From Hamiltosporidium tvaerminnensis FI-OER-3-3 (lineage: Eukaryota; Fungi; Microsporidia), in contig JAKIMF020000007.1 in assembly GCA_022605425.2 (NCBI GenBank), positions 682,001 to 746,000 on the forward strand: a stretch of DNA of 64,000 nt, given 5' to 3'. The position numbers and the translations under genes were made by a program. Shown here in pieces: positions 36,141 through 47,677 of the stretch (position 1 is the first letter of the stretch; the number at the start of each line of letters is the position of its first letter). Below the pieces are notes generated by a model. It made no database searches. It saw only the letters and a list, made by a program, of their open reading frames with translations, and was not told the DNA's origin.

Positions 36141-37949
36141 AAATAAAGCAAAAAATTATTAAAAATAATCATTTTGTAATCCAATTTCTGTCTATCTGAT
36201 ATATTTGATTTAAATATAATAGAATAATATATTTTGATGTAACAAACGTCATTATGCAAAATAAATATGTTTTTTGATTGTATATATTCCTAGTGTTTCT
36301 ATTATCTTTCTTCATTGTTCTTTTTGTATTCTATGGCTATTTTTTTTAGATTTTTTAAAAAAATTTCATAATACATTTTACCATTAAAAAATCGATCTTT
36401 CGGTTCGAAATAAAGGCGAATTCTAAAAATTTAAATTTAAATTTATTATAAGTTTCTCGGATTTATATATTAGAAAGATGAATTTTTTTAAAAAGAATAA
36501 TTATCAAGTTTAATCTAAATTATAGCAAATCTTTTTTTTTATCATTATAGTTCTTTAAATTGAAAATTTAAAATTGTTTTAAGCATATTTTAAAATAAAA
36601 ATATAAAATTTTCTCCATCTTAAACTATAATGTTTAGATTGATCATTATTAATAATATATACGCAATTTTGTTAATTAAGCAGGATTATTTTGTTTAAAT
36701 TTCAATCGTGTTTTTATATAATACTAGAATTACTATTTTAAAAAAAGCTAAAAAAAATATTGAGATATGTTTTTGATACAAAGAACTAATGTTTTTTTTC
36801 CTATGTGAAGCCTTTTACCTCAATAGTCTACAAAAATATTTAAATAAGAAATTTATATTTTCTTTTGAGTTATTTTTATTAAGGAGCTTCTTAATTGGAC
36901 TAATGGATTCTTTATTAGAACAATTACTTTTGTATTCTAATATCGCCACATGTTTGTGTATCGCATCACGCTGTTCATATATAATAATTACAGAAACACA
37001 CAAAGGTTGCTTAAATTTGAATAAATTAGTAAGAAATCTGCCAAAATATATTTTATTGTTACATAATCCAGAGATTATGCTTTAATGTTACGATCGATGT
37101 AGTTAATTGAGCATAATCTAAAATTATAATGTGAAGCAACAAATGATAAATGTTATAGAAAATCTCAATTTCCCCGTCATATGAACGACGCAGTTATTTC
37201 CAAAAATTTCTTAATTATGAGTTTTGGAAAAACACAATCGATTCAGCAGTGCCTTAAAAAAATACTTCATATAACTTACCACGGTTAACATCACATTTTA
37301 CGTTTTATATCCTGCGAAGATAAATAACACGTAATAAACAAATAATTAAGAACAATATTGACTGAACAATACTCACAATAAAAAAACTGAATAAAATCCT
37401 AAACTTGTCGAAGCGCAGTATATTACAAGCGAAAATCCGAAAAAAATAGCCAGCGGAAATCTTACAAGCGCATTTGTCAATTCGCTACCAATGAATTAAA
37501 GTTATTAACTAAATCGTACCAGTATTTATTGACCAGGTAATAAAACAATATCCTAGTTTTTTTACACATTAAATTGTATAATTTTATCGGTAAAATTATA
37601 AATAGCACTCATAATAATCAAATTTTATAAAAAAAATACATTTAAAGCGGCGAATAATAAGACAGATATATTAAAACATAATTAAAGAAGTAAAACAGAT
37701 TACAGTAAAGTCAAACAAGCCAAATATCTAGCTTTTATATATTTTTCTTGGTCATATTGACGTGAAAACACTACACTAGCAAATAATTAAAAAATGTTAA
37801 AGGTTTAAGCAAAAAGAACAAAAATTAGTAAAAACCAGCCAATATTACCAACATTACGAGGCTTTTAAACATAATTACGCAATTCAGACGATGGATATGA
37901 GTATTTAATGTAAACAAATTCAGATAAATCTTGTTATTGCGGAAATAAC

Positions 37950-38750
37950 CATGATATAATGACTGCTTTAGATTAATCTTTCACATTCTGGATATGAACA
38001 GAAAGTTTATATTTAAGGTACTGTTAAAAACCAAGCCACCAAAAGAACTGTGAACGTGGTTGGAATTCAAATTTTCTTTGAACATGCGCTAGGTATCAGA
38101 CAAATATACGATGAAAAAGTGTTTGTATAGGAATTAGCGAGAAATCTGTAAGATTATGTTATTTCTTTTATTACATAAAGACCAACATCTTCACATAATC
38201 AAAGAAATGTGAGGCTTACCAAAAAATTATATGCAAGCTTGCAATAGATCTGAGCATGCCTTGCAGCCGAAGCTAGCTCGATTTACCCGTGCATATCGGC
38301 TTTAACTACAATTAAATTAAATGGAACAATTTTGAAGCATAGATAGACATATTCTGAGGTCGTATAGCCCAAAATACGTCAATACGAAGCAGATGTAGAT
38401 TATGAAAAATATTCATTAACCCTGAAATAAAAAGAATATTCGAATAACACAGGTCAAAACATCGAGTTGTCATTATGATTATAATCTAGATATCGAGCAT
38501 ATATTATTTAGTAAAATCGATGTTCTAACCCCGGGTGTTTAAGTACTGAGATATGTAGTTGGCTCGTATGAAAACGGATGCTAGTGTATATTTCCTTCGT
38601 TTAAAATCAAATCCCGATGATGCGGGTTCACTTATGAGAGTGTTCGATACCAATAAAAACTAAAAAAGGGAAAATGTTGACTATTATCTAAAAAAATCTT
38701 TGGAAAGTCGTGCCCAAAGTGGTAGATATAGCTTTTTAATAGAATGCGAC
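37950..38750 (+). mobile_element. Possible highly degenerate Merlin-like transposase remnant
   Basis: Weak motifs GISEKSV, PG and DYYL in the expected order. Confidence 0.25.
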
Positions 38751-39169
38751 AGCAAACATATAATTGTTTGCAAAAATCGTATTAAAAAGTATGGTTATGA
38801 TAAATTTTCTCGTTTTGACAACAAAAGAAATATTAAAGGTTATTTATCAACATACAGCTTTTATATCTTAAGAGTATTTTTCATTTTTTTTTATATTGTA
38901 GCCTATTAAAGCTAGTATTTGTTTCATATATAATTCCTCAAATATAAAAATTAGAAAATTAAGAAAACATAGAAAGTTGAAAAATAAAATATAAAAGTTA
39001 TAAGCAAAGATTAGGAGTGATTAATGATATTTGGATGTGTAAAATTGATACACTATATCATCTTCAGGCTTTGTATAGAAATATCGTTTTCTATTTACGG
39101 AATGTGGTCCAAATTAATTGTTTCAAATAAAATTACATAGAATTATATGTAGCGCGACTAAAGCCTGAA

Positions 39170-39620
39170 AGAAAAAAAATAAAAAGTACACTTCTAGCAG
39201 CGCTGCGCGGAGGCCAACATCACATTAAAAAGCCTATAATATACTGATTGCATACTACTTCTGGGTTTTTTAGCTTGTTCCTTTTCCTACAAACGAAACA
39301 CAACCCACGAGTGAATCAAAGCTTCGCCAAGTTATAGGCGTTTATAAGGCATTTTTTTGATTAGTTAGGTTTTCAGCTCAAAGCAAACTTTATTTTTAAG
39401 GACAAAGAGTGCTCCGACCGAAGATCGAAACAATCCCTTTGGAAGTAAATTCAGATATTCTCGCCACTAGATTATTCGCGTAATCCAAAGTTTACCAAGG
39501 AAAAATGGAATCGCTACTGGCATATAGTATAGAATCTTAAACTATTCTTGTATGCCAGATAATTACTAAAGCATATACATAGAAACTGATTAGAGCCAAT
39601 TAATTGTTTAGATATTTATA
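39170..39620 (-). repeat. Degenerate dispersed repeat related to 1640-2150
   Basis: Shared cctacaaa.g.aacacaa, ttgatt.gttaggtt.tcagc, cactaga. Confidence 0.45.
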
Positions 39621-39674
39621 TTATTCACATAGCTCTCCCAAAAAATATAAAAATTTAATTTTTGCTTAACGTTT

Positions 39675-40390
39675 TAGTTGAAAGGAGGACAGCCATTTAA
39701 AATACTATCTGGTTTGCAATGATTATATGAAATTAGTGTGAAGACAATATTTTGATTTTTAGTAGGACTAAAACTCCACTTATTTTCCATTGATCATAGG
39801 AGTTTGTATAAAGAGGTTTACGAAATGGCAATCATTTTTCTAAAAATAAATTTTGTAGTTCTTTATGCAACTAGATAGCTGCCCAACTTTTATGTGATCA
39901 CACTGTAAAGCATGGAAATTCAACTTTTCTCACTCGGTTTAGAGGACTTGGCATCCAAAAGCTATATATACAAGTCCCTTTAAAGCCAGGAAAGTTAAGT
40001 AGCCGGATATACTTGTTGGTAGGACATTTCACTGACCAGGTTAATCACATGTAGGTCACTGAGATATATTTTAGCTGGAAGTTTTCAAATTTGGAAAGTG
40101 TAGAGTGAGTGGGAACGCAGCATGGTCCTGGGCCTATTGCGGGTTTCGATATACTATCACATTCGATGCAAAGACACTAACGAACACCGGGAAACCACCT
40201 CGTCCAATTGATTTGGTTCTACACCTCTTTTAGATGAAAGGCTAGGGGATTTAGGTATCGTAGGAATAGCGATGGTGTGCTAGAGGAGCAGTTATTTATG
40301 TTAAACCTAGAACTGCTTCAATGGCATGAAAACAATATAAAGGTTTCAACTGTTTTTAATGCGTTGGATAATTTTAAATAAATTTCTTAC
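39675..40390 (+). mobile_element. Diverged full-length copy of the ~740-nt SINE-like element
   Basis: Colinear with 28452-29196 (ctcactcggttta, gccaggaaag, aacgaacaccgg, tagatgaaaggct, atttatgttaaacctagaactg, ttaaataaa end). Confidence 0.85.
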
Positions 40391-40427
40391 CATTTTTACA
40401 TTAAAGATTTTTTCCGAACCCCTTTAA

Positions 40428-40991
40428 ATGAACGAAAATCCAATCATACAAGATATAAATGAACCAAGAATAAAACTGGAACTCAAAAACAATAAACTAG
40501 TAAATATTACAGTAGCTACAATCTATGAACTGTTAAGAGATATAAAGGACCCGGAACATCCAAATACACTTGAAGATCTTGGAATAATAAATAAAAGCGG
40601 TATAAAAATTGGAGTAATAGAATCTTCAAATATAGGAGAAATAGAATCTTCGGTAGAAAAGCAAGATTTTTTATCAAACAATGATAAAAATGAAATGTTT
40701 TTATTTAAAAAGGGTGTCTCCATCACAGATTATGGACTACCGATCAATTATATTGATATAAGTTTTGTACCAACTATACCACATTGTTCTATGGCTGCTT
40801 TGATTGGATTAAGCATAAAAAGGCAGCTTATGAAATTCGTTGATGAGAAATATTGGATACGTGTTTACATAGCAGCCGAAACACATGTTAATGAATTGGC
40901 ATTAAATAAACAATTAAATGATAAGGATAGAGTTATGGCAGCATTTGAAAATGAAGCTATTGTTGATTTGATAGATTTATGTTTACCATAA
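40428..40991 (+). CDS. CIA2: Cytosolic Fe-S assembly targeting factor Cia2/FAM96 (MIP18)
   Basis: NENP, IKDPEHP.TLE.L, PTIPHCSMAALIGL, NKQLNDKDRVMAAFEN; CCCC upstream of ATG. Confidence 0.95.
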   Translation: MNENPIIQDINEPRIKLELKNNKLVNITVATIYELLRDIKDPEHPNTLEDLGIINKSGIKIGVIESSNIGEIESSVEKQDFLSNNDKNEMFLFKKGVSITDYGLPINYIDISFVPTIPHCSMAALIGLSIKRQLMKFVDEKYWIRVYIAAETHVNELALNKQLNDKDRVMAAFENEAIVDLIDLCLP

Positions 40992-41604
40992 TTTGCGTAT
41001 TAAATTAATATTTTGCAAAATAAAGGTTTGGTATCGAGATCTAACGCTGACTAGACAAGAAAAGGGGGTAAAACTTGTCATACATGAAATAGAGATATAT
41101 GATATAATATTCCTTTACCACTGAGATAATCTATTGAGAAAGATAATTTAGCCCATGAACAACATAAGAAATGAATTTCATTGTATTGACTTAAAGTGTA
41201 AAACACGACTCAAATACAAAGATCGGATTAAAAAAACGCGAAAGAAGCAGAATAAAGAATACAAATCGAGTCAGAATAATTCATTATTAAACAATTTTAT
41301 AGCCGAAATAATTATTTCTTATTTTTAGTTCAAATTTTTACATTAGTTTTATTCTGTATCTGGTTATAGTTTTATAATTATATCATAGATTTCTTTAAAA
41401 AATCTGGTGTTAAAATCCATTTTGGAGATCTTAGATTTATATTTGAATTAGAGAGAGTATAAATTTTTTATAATATCTATAGAATAATAAAATGATCTGA
41501 AATTTTCTTTATCATATTAACGAAATTGGAATTCTTTTGATTTTCTTTACCCAAAAATATTTTTTCCAATTTTTTAATATTTTTATTTAATTTTACACCC
41601 ATAA

Positions 41605-42156
41605 ATGTCTAAGACGCCGTATGAAACATATGATAGTATTTTAACAGAAATACAATCATTTCCTTTAGACTTTCAACACCATTCCAAAAAAATAATAGAA
41701 ATAGAGAAAATTTGTTCAAAATTAAAATTAAAAATTTCAAAAAAAACAAAAATTCTATTAAAAAAACCAAATCCAATACTTCTGAAAAAAATAAAGAAAT
41801 ATACATTACGCATTGTAAAACTTATAGATAAACGTATTAAAATTACGAAAGAAATTAGTGAAATTACAAAAAAATACTTGAATATAATTGAGAATAAAAT
41901 GAGCACTAATGGTGTAGAAAATGATAATTTACCAACATTGCAACAAAATATTTCTTCTGTTATAAAAGCAGGTACGTTTCAGAATTCTGATAAAAATAAA
42001 AAAAAGAAGTATTGTACATGTAAAATGCCATCTTATGGTGATATGATATGTTGTGATTCTTTGGAATGTAAAATTAAATGGTTTCATTTCGAATGTGTTG
42101 GTATAGTAACTGCACCAAAATCAAAGTGGTATTGTAATGCATGTAAAGACAAATAA
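41605..42156 (+). CDS. ING-family (Yng/Pho23-like) PHD finger protein
   Basis: N-terminal ING coiled coil (IQSFPLDFQH) and YCTC..PSYGDMICCD..C..WFHFECVG....KWYC..C; CCC upstream of ATG. Confidence 0.93.
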   Translation: MSKTPYETYDSILTEIQSFPLDFQHHSKKIIEIEKICSKLKLKISKKTKILLKKPNPILLKKIKKYTLRIVKLIDKRIKITKEISEITKKYLNIIENKMSTNGVENDNLPTLQQNISSVIKAGTFQNSDKNKKKKYCTCKMPSYGDMICCDSLECKIKWFHFECVGIVTAPKSKWYCNACKDK

Positions 42157-42599
42157 TTAAATTTTCTACTATAAACATACGAATCTTTATTTCGTTTCAA
42201 TATATTTAACATTTGAAGATTAGAATTGTTCTTAATAAAATCTTCTGATAGTATAAAACAAACAATTTTTGAATTTTTTTTCAATGAAATTTCATTATAT
42301 TTTAAACTTTCTCAAGTTTGAGACATTTCTTCTCCTTTTTTGAAAAATTTTTTAATTGGATAATAGATATTACGAGCTAATAACTCGATACGTCTATTAA
42401 ATCCTTTATTTTCTAAACATTTTTGGACCAAATTATAAACTATTTTCGTTTAATGGCCTCGAATATTTAGAAAACGCAAACATTTTTCGGAATTAATAGA
42501 ATTCGCATCGAAACACGCTTATATATTTTGATTTTCTACAAAAAAAAACTTTAAATTAAATTGCTGAAGATTAAATCTAGGTTTGTATGTGCTTTATTC

Positions 42600-43860
42600 C
42601 ACTTCCGTGTTGATTTTTATAAGCTTTATTTATTTTTACAAAAAAATGTTGTTCATAAAACTAGCTGTCTCCGTGAAAACAAAAATACTGTAAAAAGTGT
42701 CAAAATAATCTCTTATATCTCGATATTGTTGGTGTAATTTTTTTATTAAGACATTACTTGACAGACAAATCACTATAACTCAATAAAAAGTTTAATTTCA
42801 ATGATTCTTCTTTCCAGTTTGAAAACTGTCGAACTTCTGAGTACCAATTATTACATTATTTTCAGTATAATAATTTGGTTTGGTATTTATAGAAGTTACC
42901 GGCTTGATTGATTAATTAGACTCATATAAAGCAGACCAAGGCTCATGGTGATTCTTTAATCCCATCTCATCAAAATTAACCTTGAAAAGCCCCTTAAAAT
43001 AATGAATCATGGTAATTATATTGCTCTCAATTTATGAGCACCGAAGGTAAATGATTGAACACAGTTGTTCCAAGTAAGGTAAAAAAATTTTGTTTGTTAC
43101 GAATTTACTGTTATGCTACATAAAAAAATAATAATATCAAAATTTTTAATACATTTTTTTTATCTATTTCTTGAAGTTTTTTTTGCTAATTATCCTTTCA
43201 AAGTATGGTTTACATGTTCGAAGTGATTTTGATTTTTTTGATTATGTTATATTTATGTATAAATTTGGTTCACAAGCCATCCAAGAACCTTAAAAGAATG
43301 GTTTGCAATATACGACGGTTATTTTATCTTGTTTCATACAAAACAAAAAATATTTCAAACAGGAATTTTAATCAATCTTTTATCTGATTGGGAAATCTCG
43401 TAAGCTATTTTTGAGTATTTGTAGTATATTTACTAGTGTGAATTTTGTTGTATATCAGCCATATTAGACGTTTTGATTTATTTATCTTAAAAGGTCTATA
43501 CAAAATTCATATAATGATTATCTATTTTTGGAATACTGTCAATTATACTGGCTAGGTTGTTTTTAAATCAAAATCTATTGTATGGAAACAACTTAAACAT
43601 ATGCAATTTGGTATACTTTGGATATTTCATAGTATTTCCGAAAGTCGATGCCATCCTTTTATTTAAGTTAATATTTACAAACGCATTCTTTTTTGTAATG
43701 ATATGTCAATTACGAGTGGTTGCAAAGCTAAAAATAACCGTAATGCATGTTTATATTCCTGAAGTAGATACAAGCCAACCAAGGGTGAAGCCTTTTGGTT
43801 TTACATTAAAACTTTCTTTTCTTCTTTTGTGTCTATACTGGGTAATGACTGATTCTTAAA
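42600..43860 (-). mobile_element. Highly degenerate LINE reverse transcriptase remnant
   Basis: GF..G and IDFRKYY (DF.KAYD-like) remnants at ~43630-43800. Confidence 0.35.
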
Positions 43861-44026
43861 TGTGTACAAAACATTTTGTTAGGATAGATATTTCTTAAAA
43901 AAAAATAAAATAATTCAATGGAATAAATTTCTATTCTATCCAAAGCAAGATTCAAAAATATGTATCACCAAGAAAATGAAAGAAAACAGGTAAAAATAAA
44001 TAAAAGCCATACTTCCATTATTATAT

Positions 44027-44810
44027 TGTTGTTGTTTTTCAAGCGACGGGTCTCACCCGGGATTCCGACATATTCTTTATTCTTTGTGGTTAAAAAATTC
44101 CTATTTCTATAATTTTTGTCTAATATATATTACTAGTGGTTAAGATCATGGCAACGAACTTTCATTTACATTCACAAGCAAAAAATGCCAAAAACAATCC
44201 CAAACTTCCTTATCTGTGGTATAGTTTCTTACTTTTTTCAATAAGAATTTCTTATTCTCATCTGGCTTGTTTCTCGTATATTTTTTTAGTCATTCATTTC
44301 TAAATTATTTCTCACTTTAAGCAATTTCCCAATAAAATTATGGCTTTTTTACCCTGCATATTTCGTGCTTATTTTATATTTACTTTTAATTTTTTAGAAC
44401 TTCGCTCGGTATTTTATGTTTAATATATTCACATCCTCCTGTTCTTACTCCTTCGCGTCTACTTTCTTGAAATTTATTCTTGTGAAGTGCTTTATTTGTC
44501 TACACTCTGTTTTTAACTGATATATTGTATGGTTATTTATTGTATAAATTCTTAGTCATTTGTGTGGAAATTTTTTACTTTAATCAAGTTTAAATTTACA
44601 CAAGATATTTAAGAAATAATTGTTTTGTGCAATTTTATCGAGAATTTAAATATATTACACAAAAGAATAATAGAAAGGCATCAATCTTATCATACAATTT
44701 TTTATGTAACTGTAAATTCTTAGAAAAAAATATTAACAAAGTGATTTATAAATTTTTTATAATAAAACGTTGGAAAATTTAAGGAAACAAATTGCTTATG
44801 TTATTTTTGA
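44027..44810 (-). repeat. Degenerate repeat related to 19620-20340, ending in a GC-rich motif and (CAA)n tail
   Basis: See partner; minus-strand end cccgggtgagacccgtcgcttgaaaaacaacaacaa. Confidence 0.55.
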
Positions 44811-45389
44811 TAAATAATACACATTAGAAGCCAATTTACGAATTTTATTTCACTTATTTTTTTAACCAATAGAATATTTTTTAATGTTTTATGTTCAGTT
44901 CTACTAACTATTATTGGTTGTGTAAGATTTATGAACAAATAGAAAGAGATATCTATCTTAATTTAAGCACTCATATTTGTGTCTTTAAGTGTCTTAAGCA
45001 ATAAAACATTTCGAGGTGAGTCTTCGTTGGGACATTACTGAATTATATTAATATTTTTATGGTGTAACAAAAAATCAAAAGAAAAGAAATGAAAATTCGA
45101 GGTTTTAAAAATATTTTTGCCTAAAATATGGCTTTAGGCTATTATTTATCAGTTAGAATATTTTTTAAATTTCGAATATTTAAATTCGAAGCGAAAAATA
45201 TCTTTTGATATGTCAATATAGAAAATTCTTCATATTAATGATACAAAAACAAATTTTACGAGAAGATAGGATATCAGATGTGATGTATGTAATTAAAGGG
45301 ATATAAAAGATATAATTAGGTCTATAAATAAAGTGTTTATATTTTCTAAAAAATCAAATATATTATATTTAGAGTATATTTATTCTACT

Positions 45390-47435
45390 ATTAACTAGGG
45401 CCATAGTCTTTAAAGAGCTCGGGCTGCCTCGAAAAATTTTCTTCTTTCTTCTTTATCTTGCGCCTTTTTCTTCCACTGCCTCACATTAAGAATTCTCAGA
45501 TAATTTTCTATAGCATCTATCTATTGTTTCGGTAGTCTACTCTTTGTTATTTATCCATTAGGTTTATAACTATAGAATTGATTTGCCTCTCAGTCAGGTG
45601 AATCCGTATTACATCCCCTACCCATTTTAATCTTCCCTCTTTTTTATACTAGTTACCAAATTTGATTAACGATAGAAATCATAAATTTATTATTAGTTTG
45701 CATTTTTCGCTCATTGTTTACATATTTTGACCATGTATTCGGCAGAGTATCTTTCTTTCTCGCGTGTCTAAAAGTATTTCATCTCTTTTTCTTTGAAAAA
45801 GTCTCAGATATATACATTGTAACAAGTCGTATAATACTCCTAAATATATTCCTTTTTGAAGTCTTACCTATATATCTTGATTTATTCAGGCCTTGCATCG
45901 CAAAAAGACTTTTCTTCATGCTTTTATCGGCGCCTTAATTTCCTCATCGCTATTGATATTTTTATTTAAAGAGTTTTAGATATTTAATCCATAATCCCAT
46001 TCTAACTTTCTTGAGTAAAGTTATAGAGAATTTATTAACTTCGCTAAAATAGCATTTCCCTATACTTAGTATGTTCTGATTAATCTATAATCCAGCTTTT
46101 GCTGATCTGTTGTGATTGCTCCATCGGCAGATTTTATATCTTTTTCTTTTTTGCCGATTATACTTATGTCATCGGCATATGGCATGTATAAGGTTTTTCT
46201 ATTGGAAACGGTTCCACTTCATTCAGTTTAAGCATAGGAAAAATGTTTTACATCGTAAAATTTAATATCATAATGATAGTGTGTATACTTGTCAAGCGTT
46301 TGCTTGTTCAAAAATCATTTAAAGTATCGTTTGCTATCAATCTTCTTTTTTTCGCTTTATATAAAGTTAATGTCATCATTCTCATCAGTTTTGTAGGTAT
46401 TTAAATCTCTAAGGGGATTAAACATCTATTTACGATCAATACTATCTTTAACTTGTTAATAATCTAGAAAAGGTTGATGGGTAGAAACATTATATTCGTA
46501 GCATTTTCCCAAGATCATTCTCATAATAAATATTTGAAGTGTTTTCGACCCTTCTTTAGGGAATTCACACTGATAGTCCCCGATTTTCTTCGTTTTTTTC
46601 TCTGACCAAATGCAACTATTTTGCTAAAAACTTTATAGCCAATATTTACAGAGCTATTCCTCTATAATTAGCGCATTTACCCTCGGTACCTGCTTATATT
46701 AAAGATATTATTGAGCTTATATTTCACTCAACTGGTATTATTCTTGTTCCATATGATTTTTACCGATTCGTGTATATTTTGCTTAATTTATCACCTCCTA
46801 TATTTTAAAAGCACTGCTGAACTTCTATCTTCCTCAGGTGATCTATAATTTATTAAACTATGGTAGCAGGTATTGCTTCATTGGAGCTTAGGATCTTCGA
46901 TAGGTTTCAATATTTTTTTTCTCTATATTATTATGACCTTCTTCCCTGTCCGATTTATCTTCTTCTGATGCAGTTTAGAAGGCTTTTAAAATATTTAGCC
47001 CATGTATCTAAAATTTCTTTTAGATCTGCAAAAACTTTACCTTTCTTTTCTTCTAGAAGATTGGTTTTAGGTACAAAGCCCCGTTTCTCATTTATTATTA
47101 ACCCATCAATTCGCTTTATTTTTTACTTTATGCCATTTTTCTATTTCTTCTGGTATCTGGATGTCTCTCACTCCTTTCTTAGCATTAAATACGGTTTGTA
47201 TTGGTTCTCGCAGTACATAACTCTTGTTTTATGCATGTGATATTGACTTCTATGGTTTTGATTCTAGGCTTTATTTCGTTGGTTTATGGTATTATTACAC
47301 TCTTGTTCGCACTATGAATCATGTTTCTAATGTTTTTTAAACCTCAATACATCTTCTGGCAGTTTCTTTTATCGTTTTCTTTATCTTGATCAGGGTATCA
47401 TCTATGTCAGTCTTATATAAGGCTTGTTGAATTAT
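45390..47435 (-). mobile_element. Degenerate 5'-truncated RTE-clade LINE
   Basis: Remnants YRGIAL, YADD and a C-terminal W..KAQD...R...EAA pattern typical of RTE. Confidence 0.75.
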
Positions 47436-47444
47436 GAGTCTATT

Positions 47445-47677
47445 CATCATAGGCACTATAACCTTATACGGGCCTTGGCCTCCCTCAGCGATGCTGCATT
47501 ACCGGTCTCTTTCCAGTAAGGTTCGTTTATATTTTTGGGTTTCGCAATAAGATGGTTTTAAAGAATGTTTTATTAGACCTATGCTCAAGCTTTGAGGACC
47601 GGTCTCTTTAAGTCGCCTCTTTGCGACAGGCAGAAAATACTTCAAGCCTAATTCTGCTCCTGGCATGGTGGGAAATA
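47445..47677 (-). mobile_element. 233-bp SINE-like element with HDV-ribozyme-like head and RTE-type 3' tail
   Basis: gagtctatt direct repeats at 47436-47444 and 47678-47686; minus strand has ttctgcctgtcgcaaagaggcgacttaa and gaggccaaggcccg...tagtgcctatgatg. Confidence 0.6.

Noticed and set aside
36800-37600. Possible second Penelope-like GIY-YIG remnant (CNNKIYFG...AIHKH)
   Set aside because: Motifs too degenerate to support by eye
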